Source of the DNA: an uncultured virus (IMG/VR IMGVR_UViG_3300017963_000022)
Taxonomy: Duplodnaviria; Heunggongvirae; Uroviricota; Caudoviricetes
Virus record (IMG/VR): IMGVR_UViG_3300017963_000022
Reading direction: 5' to 3' (one strand)
Length of the DNA: 64,000 nucleotides
Numbering within the stretch: the stretch's first letter is position 1; every line of letters begins with the position of its first letter. Position numbers and translations under genes: made by a program. Positions 53,964-63,994 of the stretch are shown here, in pieces. The notes beneath the pieces are model-generated. The model saw nothing but the letters and a program-made list of their open reading frames with translations. It was not told the origin of the DNA and searched no databases.

Positions 53964-54813
53964 GTAGTTCTTCTAAAATTTTAACATCTTCAAGATTATG
54001 TTCTTTTAGTTTAGGCATAATCTTAGGGTCGCCAATACGAACAAGCATCCATTCATGGGGCTTTAAGTGTGTCTTCCCTTCAATTCCAAAGAACTCAGTA
54101 ACGATTCCTAAAGACCTACGATGGAATTTAAACTTAGCTCTGACCAAGTAGTACAGATCGAAATGGTAAATTTCTCCGTATGCTGGAAATTCTAAATCCG
54201 TAAGATCAGTATCATATGCTAAAAGAGCATCAACGAGTTGTTTCTTAGTCATTTTGGAAGGAACTCGTCTATCCTCTGGTAAAAATTTTTGTAACTCATT
54301 TTTCAATTTAGTTACAGTCTTCTTTTCCAAAGCCTCCTTTTTCTGAGTTGTTAACTTAGCGTGCCAGTATTCTGCTCTTGTTCTAACAAACGGAATATCA
54401 AAACGAGTTCCGTAGTAAGTAACTAGTACGCTGAAATCCCTCATACTTGCTAACAGGGACTTAATAATTCTTAGATCAAAGTCTCCAGATAGGATTTCTT
54501 TCTGAGTAATCTCATCATATTGAATCGTATCTTCTCCCTTTACCTTGATTGCCCAAGATACCATAAATCCATTGTTGGCTGTAAAGTTAGAAGTCTCAAT
54601 ATCAAAATAGCCAATGCTTACTTCTGGATGGGTATACCAGGGTTCCACGCCTACATTAATTCTTTTATATTTTACTGGTGTAAGTTCTTGTCTCAATTTT
54701 TTCTCCAATACTTTATTCTCTACCTGCAATACTCTGCCTTCAGCAAAACATCGTGGGTGAGTTTTAATTGTGTGTCTATGTATACACTTTGGTTCATTCG
54801 TTTTTCTTCCCAT
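53917..54813 (-). CDS. RNase H-like (DnaQ/YprB-type) exonuclease with a helical insertion
   Basis: FDIETS, YYGTRFDIPF, HFDLY, HNLEDV. Confidence 0.8.
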   Translation of the reverse strand: MGRKTNEPKCIHRHTIKTHPRCFAEGRVLQVENKVLEKKLRQELTPVKYKRINVGVEPWYTHPEVSIGYFDIETSNFTANNGFMVSWAIKVKGEDTIQYDEITQKEILSGDFDLRIIKSLLASMRDFSVLVTYYGTRFDIPFVRTRAEYWHAKLTTQKKEALEKKTVTKLKNELQKFLPEDRRVPSKMTKKQLVDALLAYDTDLTDLEFPAYGEIYHFDLYYLVRAKFKFHRRSLGIVTEFFGIEGKTHLKPHEWMLVRIGDPKIMPKLKEHNLEDVKILEELHERINPYRKWTRRSV

Positions 54814-55216
54814 AGGGTTTTGACCTCACTACATGCCTATAGTTACTATTCATGTGCATAATTATTTTTTCTACTTCTTCTTCAGAAAGATTGTAAGTTT
54901 TTCTCATGTACTCTATGTAGCCAGCATCCGTAAATTCTCCGCCAAGAGAGTAAGATATTCTATCACAGATTCGTTTAAAGTGTGATGCGATTGTTCTTCT
55001 GCGAATACCTAGAACTTCTTCAAGGGCTGTATAGTTATTACTCGTGGATACATACTCTAAAAGAGCAAGTTCAAAGTCATCTATAGAGCCACTTTCATAA
55101 AGTTCTTTAATCTTACTTTCAATGATTATAAGATTATTATATTCATCAGAACTAAAGTCAGGGTCACTTCGAATCCTATATCTATCTCTTAACAGGGTTT
55201 CTACTAGCCAACTCAT
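54794..55216 (-). CDS. HTH DNA-binding protein
   Basis: YTALEEVLGIRRRTIASHF. Confidence 0.55.
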   Translation of the reverse strand: MSWLVETLLRDRYRIRSDPDFSSDEYNNLIIIESKIKELYESGSIDDFELALLEYVSTSNNYTALEEVLGIRRRTIASHFKRICDRISYSLGGEFTDAGYIEYMRKTYNLSEEEVEKIIMHMNSNYRHVVRSKPYGKKNE

Positions 55217-55892
55217 TATTACAGTGTGTTAGAAAGGAACAGTTTTTGCAAACATTCATGTATTGAAATCTACCTTCGTGAGCATACTTATCATTTTCTA
55301 TTCGTTCCAAAATACTCGGAATAACCTCATGTATAAGTAAGTCAAACTCAGGTTCTTTTCTTCTATATGAGTGAGAATAGTTCTTATCTAACGATACTCC
55401 CACAATGTTTGAAGCAGGATACCCATAGATTTTTTCAAACGCCCAATCATAAACAATAAACTGAGGGTCAGCATAAATTCTAAGGGGTAGTCCTCCTGTC
55501 TTCCAATCTATTACAACAGAATCCTCCAAAATTCTATCAAACTTTCCAATAATATAAGTATCAGGGTCATAGGGTACTTTGAAGAACTTCTCTATCTTAT
55601 CTCGATTGGAAAGAGGAAACTTTATTCCTTTAAAGAAATTAGTAACATTTCGTTCAATCTTTTCAATTGATCGAGCATCATAGAGTTCTGCCTCTGTTCT
55701 AAGAAGCGTAGCTCTATCAAGAGCTTCTTCCAAGGAAGCGTCCCAATAATCCTCTACTACTGTGTGTACAATAGTACCAATAAGCATAGCAGTAGTTTCC
55801 TCTGCTTGTTGTTTTGCAAAGCGTCTATACTTATATTTCTGCGAACAGGATAAAAAATCCTTAATTGCAGAAGCACTTAAAAGGGTTGTCAT
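55182..55892 (-). CDS. PD-(D/E)XK nuclease (RecB/Cas4-like)
   Basis: LSASAI..F..C, GT.VH, GKFD, IDWKTG, Q...Y, C..C.F...C. Confidence 0.85.
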   Translation of the reverse strand: MTTLLSASAIKDFLSCSQKYKYRRFAKQQAEETTAMLIGTIVHTVVEDYWDASLEEALDRATLLRTEAELYDARSIEKIERNVTNFFKGIKFPLSNRDKIEKFFKVPYDPDTYIIGKFDRILEDSVVIDWKTGGLPLRIYADPQFIVYDWAFEKIYGYPASNIVGVSLDKNYSHSYRRKEPEFDLLIHEVIPSILERIENDKYAHEGRFQYMNVCKNCSFLTHCNNELASRNPVKR

Positions 55893-56251
55893 TAGTCAAT
55901 AACCTTTCTCTTATTTGCAGATTGAGTTCTCCATACATCTATTGCAATCTTGTCCAAGTCAAACTTCTTTTTAACGTATTCATATTCTGCAAGTACTCTT
56001 GCAAGTTGTTCACGCATCTTTGGAAGATTGCCCTTTAAACCTTTTCTCAAATAAGTCTTGTTAATAAATGTCATAGTAGGGGGTTTCCCATTGACATAGT
56101 AATCCCCGTTTGAGGATACTTCTAGAATAATCTCGGCCTCACGTAAATCAATAGCCTCTGACATGAGAAGTTTCTTGAGTGCAAGGGCTTCAATTTCTTT
56201 GAGCAATTTGTACATATCTTCAAAATCGGGCAATTGTATTTCTTTAGTCAT
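55892..56251 (-). CDS. UvsY-like helical protein
   Basis: Coiled coil ending WRTQSANKR; recombination gene context. Confidence 0.45.
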   Translation of the reverse strand: MTKEIQLPDFEDMYKLLKEIEALALKKLLMSEAIDLREAEIILEVSSNGDYYVNGKPPTMTFINKTYLRKGLKGNLPKMREQLARVLAEYEYVKKKFDLDKIAIDVWRTQSANKRKVID

Positions 56252-56627
56252 ATTCTTTTATCTTCTCTTCTATAAATTCTACTTTGGTACAAAGACCAAA
56301 GACAGTAACAATCCATTTGAAAGGCATATTATATGTGCCTTTGAGGTTCCTAACAAACGTATCAAAGTCACCCCTAGCCACCTTATAAAACCGGTAGGGA
56401 CTAAAGGCGAGATTTGCAGGAAACCCTGGAAAATCAAGGTAATCTATTAAACTTTCTTTAACATAGTACTCTTCCAATTCGAGCATTTCTGAAATAGTAG
56501 TATTAGATACACCTGTGGCACAAAGACGACACATTTCAAATATTGCAATGTACTCTACAATTCTTTCTGGTACACCCGTTTTATCTGAATGTAGCTTTTT
56601 AATATGACTCCATAGACTGTTTATCAT
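56244..56627 (-). CDS. Hypothetical protein, possible HTH
   Basis: GVSNTTISEMLELEEYYVKESL. Confidence 0.55.
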   Translation of the reverse strand: MINSLWSHIKKLHSDKTGVPERIVEYIAIFEMCRLCATGVSNTTISEMLELEEYYVKESLIDYLDFPGFPANLAFSPYRFYKVARGDFDTFVRNLKGTYNMPFKWIVTVFGLCTKVEFIEEKIKEYD

Positions 56628-57115
56628 TTTTTCAAACCTTCCATTCTCCAGGTTAGGTCTGCTTCAGACTCCGCTAATTCAACAAAGAGCTTCATTAAAT
56701 CTACAAAAGTATCAAAGTCAAAAGCTACAAAATATTTACACTCTCCACGAGCTCCGGAAAACTTTCCCATAAGCATTGGAAGACTGTACGTACCCCTAGC
56801 CTCTTCTTTAATCTTTTCAAACCATTCTCTTTTAATTGCCATCTGAGTAGCACCACCATAACCTACCTTTGCTTCCGCACGAAACTCTCTAGGAAAATTG
56901 GGAAACACCGCTAGTATATCTCCAGCAAGTAGAGGCTCATCCATGATAGTACCTATTGCACCAGAACCAGCTACCCTTCTAAACTTTCCATCAGGAAAAG
57001 CTTCCTGTAAAAGTTTAACAGCGTCTCGTTCCCATTTAACTCCTTTAACTTTCTGCTTCTTCGACATTTTCACTAAGTTCTTCAGAAATCTCCATGTATT
57101 CTGCATAGCGTACAA
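56624..57115 (-). CDS. Hjc-type Holliday junction resolvase (start probably MSKKQK)
   Basis: KG..WER, R..GSGA, GDI, EAK. Confidence 0.8.
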   Translation of the reverse strand: MYAMQNTWRFLKNLVKMSKKQKVKGVKWERDAVKLLQEAFPDGKFRRVAGSGAIGTIMDEPLLAGDILAVFPNFPREFRAEAKVGYGGATQMAIKREWFEKIKEEARGTYSLPMLMGKFSGARGECKYFVAFDFDTFVDLMKLFVELAESEADLTWRMEGLKK

Positions 57116-57419
57116 TATCTTCTAGCCATGCTATACCAATGGAAACTGCCTTCACTAATGGAACTAAAATATCATCGTGTGTACCACCACTAAAAGTAAG
57201 ACTCCAAAGAGCTTTACTTACTCGTCCAACGTAGTCAGCAAGAATCATAAACCACGTTGCCCAAGGATGATGTTCTGGTTTTTCTTTTTCCTTCTGCTTT
57301 GCTCGTTCAGCATCTATCAAAAGATAGACAGACTCACGGAAGTCTGTATTATTGAACTCTTCAACTCTTTGTTTGAGTTCTTCGTCCCTATCCAAAATTT
57401 CTCCTAAATCAATAGGCAT
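57045..57419 (-). CDS. MazG-like helical protein
   Basis: ERAKQ...W..IL...VG.VSKA...LV..V...IAWLE. Confidence 0.55.
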   Translation of the reverse strand: MPIDLGEILDRDEELKQRVEEFNNTDFRESVYLLIDAERAKQKEKEKPEHHPWATWFMILADYVGRVSKALWSLTFSGGTHDDILVPLVKAVSIGIAWLEDIVRYAEYMEISEELSENVEEAES

Positions 57420-57428
57420 TTCTTCCTC

Positions 57429-58715
57429 CTAATTTTTATCAACAATTGAAATGGTTTCTGGAACAAACTTAAGAAAGACTGTACCAATCGGGCCATTTCT
57501 ATTTTTTCTTACAATATTTTCTAAAACTCCAAGAGACTCAGTTTCAGGATAATAGTATTCATCCCTGTATAAGAAGATTACAACATCTGCATCCTCTTCC
57601 AAATTACCAGACTGTCTTAAGTCTGAAAGAATAGGACGCTTATCATCTCGCATTTCAACTAACCTATTCAACTGTGAAAATAAAAATACCGTTATCCCAA
57701 GCTCATTAGCCAAGAGTTTCAATGCCCTAGAAATTTGACCTATTTCATGTGTTGAATTAGTGTCTCGCTCAGCCATTAGCTGAACATAGTCTAGAAAAAC
57801 ATACTCGATCTTTTGACTATAATGATATTGTCTAATTGTATTCAAAGTGTATTGAAGGTCTGCTGAGTAGTTAGTATCAATATAAATTTCTGATGAATCT
57901 CTTAACCTCTTTACAGATTCCACTAGTTTCTTTGCATCCGTGTCAGAGATAATTCCTTGACGAATGTTAAGAAAATCTACGCCTGAGTCGATAGAAATTA
58001 GTCTATCCATCAAAACACTTGCGTTCATTTCTTTAGAAAATATTAAAGAGGGTATCTTACTTTTGAGTACAGAGTTACACATCCATGCGGTTTTACCCTG
58101 TGAGGGGCGACCAGCTACTACAACTAAATCACCAGGACTAGTACCATTAATCAACCAATCAATAGAAGGAAACCCTGTAGTCTTACCGCTTATTCCAGAG
58201 TTTTTAGTGCGATCTACAATAGCTTTCCATTGATTAGTAATAGCGTTCTTCAATGAAATTGTTCTCTCGCCTCCAGAAGCAAGGATAAGTTCTCCAAGTG
58301 CTTCACGTATTTGATTAATTAATGCCCCAATATCCACAGCTTCCTTTAGCATATTTGGAATAGCTTTTGCTAAAGATAGTAGTGATCTTCCTCTATAAGA
58401 GTCTAAAACATTTTTAATGTACGAGTCTAAATTCTCTATCCTATAAGTATCTTCAAAAAGTCTTTCTAAATACTCAATACCTCCTGCGGTATCCAAAGTA
58501 CCCTTCATTTTCAAGTACTCAGATAAGATAGAAATGTCAGGAACCATCCCATCAAGGGCTAGTCTAATTATCGCATCGTAGATTGTTCTATTTGGAGCAG
58601 AAGAAAAAGAGTTTGCGGTCAGGTTTGCACAGTCATTCACTCTTCCTGGGTTATTTAGAAGAAGGGAAAGTACTGCTTGTTCTGACTCTTCCGAAAATAA
58701 AACTGTATTAGTCAT
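57429..58715 (-). CDS. dnaB: Replicative DNA helicase
   Basis: AGRPSQGKT, FS.EM, DYVQL, SQLNR, LSDLRQSGNLEEDAD, KNRNG. Confidence 0.95.
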   Translation of the reverse strand: MTNTVLFSEESEQAVLSLLLNNPGRVNDCANLTANSFSSAPNRTIYDAIIRLALDGMVPDISILSEYLKMKGTLDTAGGIEYLERLFEDTYRIENLDSYIKNVLDSYRGRSLLSLAKAIPNMLKEAVDIGALINQIREALGELILASGGERTISLKNAITNQWKAIVDRTKNSGISGKTTGFPSIDWLINGTSPGDLVVVAGRPSQGKTAWMCNSVLKSKIPSLIFSKEMNASVLMDRLISIDSGVDFLNIRQGIISDTDAKKLVESVKRLRDSSEIYIDTNYSADLQYTLNTIRQYHYSQKIEYVFLDYVQLMAERDTNSTHEIGQISRALKLLANELGITVFLFSQLNRLVEMRDDKRPILSDLRQSGNLEEDADVVIFLYRDEYYYPETESLGVLENIVRKNRNGPIGTVFLKFVPETISIVDKN

Positions 58716-59097
58716 CTAAACTTTCCTTCAACTCTATTCCTTGACTTGCTTGTTGTTTTCTTTCCTCGATAAACGAACTCATATCTTCTGAGACAATCTT
58801 CTTTCCCTGTCTATAAAAAGTTTCTGTACAGCGATTCTTAATTGCACTTTTTATATATGCTTTATTCTGTATCCGTAGTGTATCTCTTTTAGTTCCTATT
58901 TCTAAAATAGAATAAAAAACTCTCCACTTTCCAAAAAGAGAAACTAAACGAGATATGAATATCATATCATCCTTATCAGGAGTTATTTCAAAAACATCCC
59001 GAAAGAATCTCATCAGTAGGCTTGTAGTAGTTTCGCCTGATTCTAACCTCTTTGCATAATGTTCAGCCAGAGAATCTACTGCTTCCATTTGAGCCAC
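58708..59097 (-). CDS. Hypothetical protein (possible helicase loader)
   Basis: Overlaps the dnaB start. Confidence 0.55.
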   Translation of the reverse strand: MAQMEAVDSLAEHYAKRLESGETTTSLLMRFFRDVFEITPDKDDMIFISRLVSLFGKWRVFYSILEIGTKRDTLRIQNKAYIKSAIKNRCTETFYRQGKKIVSEDMSSFIEERKQQASQGIELKESLDD

Positions 59098-59159
59098 TCT
59101 TTATCCTTTGGTGCTAGAAGGGGAGAATAGTCTCCCCTCCTAACAACTAAACAATCTAA

Positions 59160-60101
59160 CTAAGTAGTTTCTGCATCGAGATCAAATAAATCTTTTAAAG
59201 CGTTTGTTACTTCGTCTTCGACTTCCGCAACATTCTCAACAACTTGTTCATTTGGAGTTTGATCTATTTGCTCACTACCTTCTTCTGCATTTCTAGCGGC
59301 GAAAATATCTTTCAGAGCCACGCCACGTAGAAGCTCCTTTACTTCTTCTGAGTCCAATTTTACGATTGCTCTTTCGAGATCATATGGCTCAAGTTCCATT
59401 TCCTCTAAGTTATACACAGTATCCCTATGAGGTTGTGGAACAGGTGTAACCTGACGCTCTCTTCCTGTACCTTGTACCATAAGAACAATATCAAAATTTT
59501 CAAGACCTACAGGGATTCCTCCAGATAGATGAGCTCCAAAGTCTTCAATTTCTTCTCCTTCCAGCAGAGAAACTTCATCTGCTATATCGGGGTCAGGTAC
59601 AGTTACACTCTCGTTGATTGCATCCAAGGCATTGAATATAGTAACTCCACCAGCTAGAATTTTTATTGTATTTGAAAGTTGTGGTTCTACTCCTGCTAGA
59701 GAAGCTCCACAATCTTCACAAACAATAGGCCAGCGTCCAGCAGAGTCCCTTTTGTTTTCAAAACTTTTTTCACAATCAGGTGAAACTTTTACAGGGGTAA
59801 GGTCAAGAACATTTGCGTAATAGCGTCTAGTCCAAGGTCTAAACCCTTTAACTTTCTTTGCTTCTTTAAAGTCTCCACCTACCTCCAGTAAGATTTCTTT
59901 GTTAATCAAGCACACAGGACAGGTATCAGGGTCAGGACATTCTATGCTAGTCCCTTTAATCCAGTGAGTGTGCTTCAACATTGTTCCTTCAATCGGATGT
60001 AAAAACCGAATGATATGTTGTCCAGGAGTTAATTTTAAAAAGTTCAAGCGACTTCTATTGGTGAACTCCCCACCAGTACGATCTGATTTGGGTAAACCCA
60101 T
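59160..60101 (-). CDS. gp32-like single-stranded DNA-binding protein
   Basis: IRFL, HW, C...CPVC, YYANV; acidic tail. Confidence 0.75.
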   Translation of the reverse strand: MGLPKSDRTGGEFTNRSRLNFLKLTPGQHIIRFLHPIEGTMLKHTHWIKGTSIECPDPDTCPVCLINKEILLEVGGDFKEAKKVKGFRPWTRRYYANVLDLTPVKVSPDCEKSFENKRDSAGRWPIVCEDCGASLAGVEPQLSNTIKILAGGVTIFNALDAINESVTVPDPDIADEVSLLEGEEIEDFGAHLSGGIPVGLENFDIVLMVQGTGRERQVTPVPQPHRDTVYNLEEMELEPYDLERAIVKLDSEEVKELLRGVALKDIFAARNAEEGSEQIDQTPNEQVVENVAEVEDEVTNALKDLFDLDAETT

Positions 60102-60475
60102 TATACTTCTTCCTCCGTTTCAATTGTAGTTTTCTGTTCCAGTTCTGGTTCGTTGACATCTGGTTCTTCTGTATCTGTTTTTTCTGCAAAAGCCTCCTTG
60201 AGATTCTCCAAAGTTGTTGCTCTATGAGCATCCAAACGCTCGATAGCTTCTTCAATGTCTGCTGGTCTAGCTATCGGATTATTCATTGACTCACTATACA
60301 ACACATATTTTAAATATTCTTTTTCTGTTTGAGCGTACTGTAGTTGTCTAAGCAACGCCATTGTTTCGGGGTTCATCCAAAGTTCCTGGGGAATACCAGA
60401 GATTTCGTCTGTAATTCTTAGGTTCTTAAATTGACCCAAACTAAACAATCGCTCCATTCCAATTTTACGTTCCAT
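60101..60475 (-). CDS. Hypothetical protein
   Basis: ORF track; promoter upstream. Confidence 0.6.
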   Translation of the reverse strand: MERKIGMERLFSLGQFKNLRITDEISGIPQELWMNPETMALLRQLQYAQTEKEYLKYVLYSESMNNPIARPADIEEAIERLDAHRATTLENLKEAFAEKTDTEEPDVNEPELEQKTTIETEEEV

Positions 60476-60481
60476 TTCTTT

Positions 60482-61462
60482 TTATTCCTCTAGTATATCA
60501 TAACACATTTCTACGATTTTGTCAAGGGTTTCTTTATTCTTTTTTAAAAACTCTATGGTCTTATCTACACCCTGACCTAATGTTTCACCTTCAAATTTAT
60601 AGTAAGCCCCCGACTGTCGCAGTATGCCCAACCTTTTTGCAAATTCTATTACATCACGGTAGTAATCAATCCCTTTTCCAAAGATAATAGGAAGTATCCC
60701 TGAACGATACGGCGGTGCTAACTTGTTCTTTGTTACTGTATACTTAGGGAAAATTCCTCTTATATCGTCTTTTTCTTTTCCTTTTATTTTCAAACCTGAT
60801 GTTAGTTTAATTCGTATAGTTAAGAAGTGCTTCAAAGCATTACCACCTGGGGATACGTAACTTCGTACATACGACCCAATATTGTCCCTTACCTGATTTA
60901 AAAAGATAAAAGCAATGTTGTGTTTCTTTACTTGGAAAGAATTTCTCCTTAACCATTTAGTAAGTAAACGAGCTAGAAGGGCTACATTAGCGTCAATTAA
61001 ATCATCATCTAACTCCTTTTTTGGTGCAAGAGCTCCTAAAGAATCTAGAATGATTACACCAAAAGCTCCTGATACTATACCTTCTTCTGCTACTTCAAAG
61101 ATGTCTTCTGCGGTTTCTGGAGAAGCGATTGTAAGTCGATCATCATCAAACTCTCCTACAATTGCTTTAGCGTATTGTAAATCCAGGGTACGCTCTGCAT
61201 CTAAGTATAGTACATTTATTCCTTGATCTAGTGCATGTTTTGTAAGAGACAAAGCAATTGTAGTTTTACCAATTGACTCTGGCCCAACAATTTCTGTAAA
61301 CACACCTCTCGGAATACCTCCAATACCTAAAGAAACATCCAAAGAAAGACTACCAGTAGATATAACACCAGCATCTAGGTAACGCTCTACTGTAACCAAT
61401 GAGCTCTCCCCATACTTATTTTTCATATCTTCACGAAACTTCTGTACTAATTCATCACTCAT
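60482..61462 (-). CDS. recA: RecA/UvsX recombinase
   Basis: STGSLSLD, GPESIGKTT, DAE, DSLGAL, NQVR, GGNALK, KNKLAPP. Confidence 0.95.
   Translation of the reverse strand: MSDELVQKFREDMKNKYGESSLVTVERYLDAGVISTGSLSLDVSLGIGGIPRGVFTEIVGPESIGKTTIALSLTKHALDQGINVLYLDAERTLDLQYAKAIVGEFDDDRLTIASPETAEDIFEVAEEGIVSGAFGVIILDSLGALAPKKELDDDLIDANVALLARLLTKWLRRNSFQVKKHNIAFIFLNQVRDNIGSYVRSYVSPGGNALKHFLTIRIKLTSGLKIKGKEKDDIRGIFPKYTVTKNKLAPPYRSGILPIIFGKGIDYYRDVIEFAKRLGILRQSGAYYKFEGETLGQGVDKTIEFLKKNKETLDKIVEMCYDILEE
60497..60525 (-). promoter_or_regulatory. Sigma70-type promoter inside the recA 3' end
   Basis: TTGACA, 17-nt spacer, TATGAT; shares GAAATGTGTTATGATATA with the 6825-6853 promoter. Confidence 0.75.
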
Positions 61463-62234
61463 TAGTTAGTTCTCCCAATCTATTTCTAATAATCTCAATA
61501 TATTTTTCCTCTTTCTCTATTCCTATCCATTTTCTGTTTAGCCGTTCACAGGCAACAGCCGTCGTTCCACTTCCAAGAACATTGTCTAAAACAATATCCC
61601 CCTCATTAGTGTAAGTACGAATAAAATATTCAAAAAGAGGTAAAGGTTTTTGTGTCGGGTGATACTTACCTTTAGCTTTATCAAACTTTATTACTGTTCT
61701 CGGATAACGAATACCTGGATTATCTATTACGTATTCGCTCTGTTTACCGTAATTACTACTTGTATTTTTTCCTGTAGCTTCTGTATAATATGGTTCGCCT
61801 TCTGTAAACTGAGGATTGTATGTTGGTAGTTTCCTATAGAATACTAAAACATTTTCGTGGTCTTTTAGTGGCATCCTCTTTGCGTTCAGGTGTCCGGTAA
61901 AATAATTCTTATACCAAATCCACTCGTATCTAAAGAGCTTAATATTACTCATAGCCAATGCCTTATCAAAAGGCGGCTGTGCAGTAAGGACTATTGGTGT
62001 ATTCTCTTCTGCTAATCCCTTATTAGTAAAAGGTTTTTTATCAGTCTTACCTGAGTACAATCTCCAAATCTCATCAAGTGGTAACAAAGAGTCCCATTTA
62101 TTTTGGGTAGTTCCATAAGGAAGATCAGCAAGTATAAGGTCTACTTTAAGTCCTGCCCCTATAAGACTCTCCATCACCTTTAAACAATCTCCGTGATAGA
62201 GAACTCCATTTGGATAGTTATACGCTTTGACCAT
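61455..62234 (-). CDS. N4-C/N6-A DNA methyltransferase (beta class)
   Basis: ADLPYG, HPTQKP, LDN..GSGTT. Confidence 0.92.
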   Translation of the reverse strand: MVKAYNYPNGVLYHGDCLKVMESLIGAGLKVDLILADLPYGTTQNKWDSLLPLDEIWRLYSGKTDKKPFTNKGLAEENTPIVLTAQPPFDKALAMSNIKLFRYEWIWYKNYFTGHLNAKRMPLKDHENVLVFYRKLPTYNPQFTEGEPYYTEATGKNTSSNYGKQSEYVIDNPGIRYPRTVIKFDKAKGKYHPTQKPLPLFEYFIRTYTNEGDIVLDNVLGSGTTAVACERLNRKWIGIEKEEKYIEIIRNRLGELTNE

Positions 62235-62412
62235 TCTTCAAAGGACACCATGAAGGACTATAGCCATCGACAAAACCAGAGATTAACTCTAGTCTTTCTT
62301 CTTCGTTCATAATTATCCCACAGTAAACCACATCTTTAGGTGGAAACATCAATGCTTCCATTTCTCTGTCGTGGTGACGATGTTCACAAGTATTACAATT
62401 AGGTGAAGTCAT
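62218..62412 (-). CDS. Small Cys-rich protein
   Basis: CNTC...YC...PSWCPL. Confidence 0.6.
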   Translation of the reverse strand: MTSPNCNTCEHRHHDREMEALMFPPKDVVYCGIIMNEEERLELISGFVDGYSPSWCPLKNGQSV

Positions 62413-62596
62413 AACCTTTCCTCTCCTTAAGAGTTATTACTCTTCCTTATACTCAGAGAGTTTCATATCAATGCTACCATCACGATTAAATCGAATGGCA
62501 TCTACAACATAAAACTTCTTCACATCAGCATAATACATTAATCGCATTGTTCCAGGTAAGCGATTAAACAGCCATGCAATAATTTTTTCAATCATT

Positions 62597-63994
62597 TTAT
62601 TCTCCTTTTGTCCAGTAATCTAACGGTGGCGAACAGTCTGCAACTGCTGGAATTTCTCCCAGGAATTGTTGTTCTGCTCGCTCCATTGTGGTAACTAAAA
62701 ATTCTTGAGCTTCTGCTATTAAGTCCTCACGTACTTCCACTACAACTTCATCATGTACCTGTACTAAAAACCTAAAGTTCTCATGCCCAAACGGATTGCT
62801 ATAAAACATATCTACCATAGCAATCTTTAGTGAATCTGCTGACCCACCTTGAATGATATGGTTAACTCCCTCACGCTTTATTCTGTTGACCCAACGTTTC
62901 CTTGCCTTATAATCTTTGAAAGTGGTAAGCTCTTCGAAGAAACGCATACGCCCAAAAGGAGTCTTAGAATATAGTTTCTCAATTACTAAGTCTCCTGCTT
63001 TTTGAATAAAGATTGACAGTGCGGGGTGTGCTTTAAAGAAACCCCCTAGAAGTTCTTCAGCCTCATTCTCAGAAATATCCTCGTTCTTTTCTGCCATTCC
63101 AAAAGCAGATGTCCCATAAATAATAGAGAAGTTTACAGTCTTACCACGACTTCTTTGTTTCCCTGTTACCTCTTCAAGGGTAATACCAAAAATACCGGAT
63201 GCTGTTTTAGCATGAATATCTTCGCCGTTCACGTATGCTTCGATAATTCTTCTTTCTTTACTAACTGCCCCCATGAATCTCATTTCTGCTTGAGAGTAGT
63301 CACACGTTAATAATTTATATCCTGGTCTAGCCAGGAAACAATTCCGATATTTTTCCTCTTTAGGAATATTCTGCATATTGGGTTTATCAGAACTCCATCT
63401 TCCTGTAGCTGTTCCAGCCTGATTAAAAGTAGGATGGATACGTCCGGTTACAGGATGTATGTAGTCTTCCCAATTTCTTCCATAAGTAGTAGCAGTTTTA
63501 TTTTTCTTTGCAAAGTTAATAAGAGAGTCAATCAATGGAACTCCCTTATATCTTTCTAATGTTTTCTGTTGTGTATTTGCTACAGGTATACCACACAAAT
63601 GTAATGCTCGTTTCTTTTGAGCAATGCTCCCGACATTCCATACAGTCTTAAGTTCTTCCAGAATAAACTCTGGAGAAGTCAATGACTCTAGAAAAGTTAA
63701 GTCTACTCTCTCTACCTTTGAGTTCTTAACTGTAGGAACAGGAATATGGTAGTACTCATAAGCGGATACACCATCAGTAATTTCTTTGCTCGCTTCTTCC
63801 CAAGTAGTTTTGAAAACAAGCTCAGTAAGAAATTCTCGGAGCTTTGCTACTTCTTGTTCTGCTTCATCAGCAATTATTTTCCAAGCTTCCCAATCCAGAA
63901 GAACTCCGTCATACTCCATCTTTGCTACTACAGGAAGGAGTTTCATTTCTAACTCTATGACATGGACATACTTTCTGTTTTCTGCCAGCATCAT
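62597..63994 (-). CDS. polA: Family A DNA polymerase (5' part extends beyond the window)
   Basis: TGRWSS..PNMQN, DYSQAEMR, K.VNF.IIYG, N..IQG..AD, QVHDE. Confidence 0.95.
   Translation of the reverse strand: MMLAENRKYVHVIELEMKLLPVVAKMEYDGVLLDWEAWKIIADEAEQEVAKLREFLTELVFKTTWEEASKEITDGVSAYEYYHIPVPTVKNSKVERVDLTFLESLTSPEFILEELKTVWNVGSIAQKKRALHLCGIPVANTQQKTLERYKGVPLIDSLINFAKKNKTATTYGRNWEDYIHPVTGRIHPTFNQAGTATGRWSSDKPNMQNIPKEEKYRNCFLARPGYKLLTCDYSQAEMRFMGAVSKERRIIEAYVNGEDIHAKTASGIFGITLEEVTGKQRSRGKTVNFSIIYGTSAFGMAEKNEDISENEAEELLGGFFKAHPALSIFIQKAGDLVIEKLYSKTPFGRMRFFEELTTFKDYKARKRWVNRIKREGVNHIIQGGSADSLKIAMVDMFYSNPFGHENFRFLVQVHDEVVVEVREDLIAEAQEFLVTTMERAEQQFLGEIPAVADCSPPLDYWTKGE

Noticed and set aside
55182..55892. 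Cas4 as evidence of CRISPR-Cas
   Set aside because: Standalone PD-(D/E)XK nuclease in a recombination cluster, common in phages
57429..63994. Inteins or introns in DnaB, RecA or PolA
   Set aside because: Normal lengths with continuous motifs; no intein termini seen
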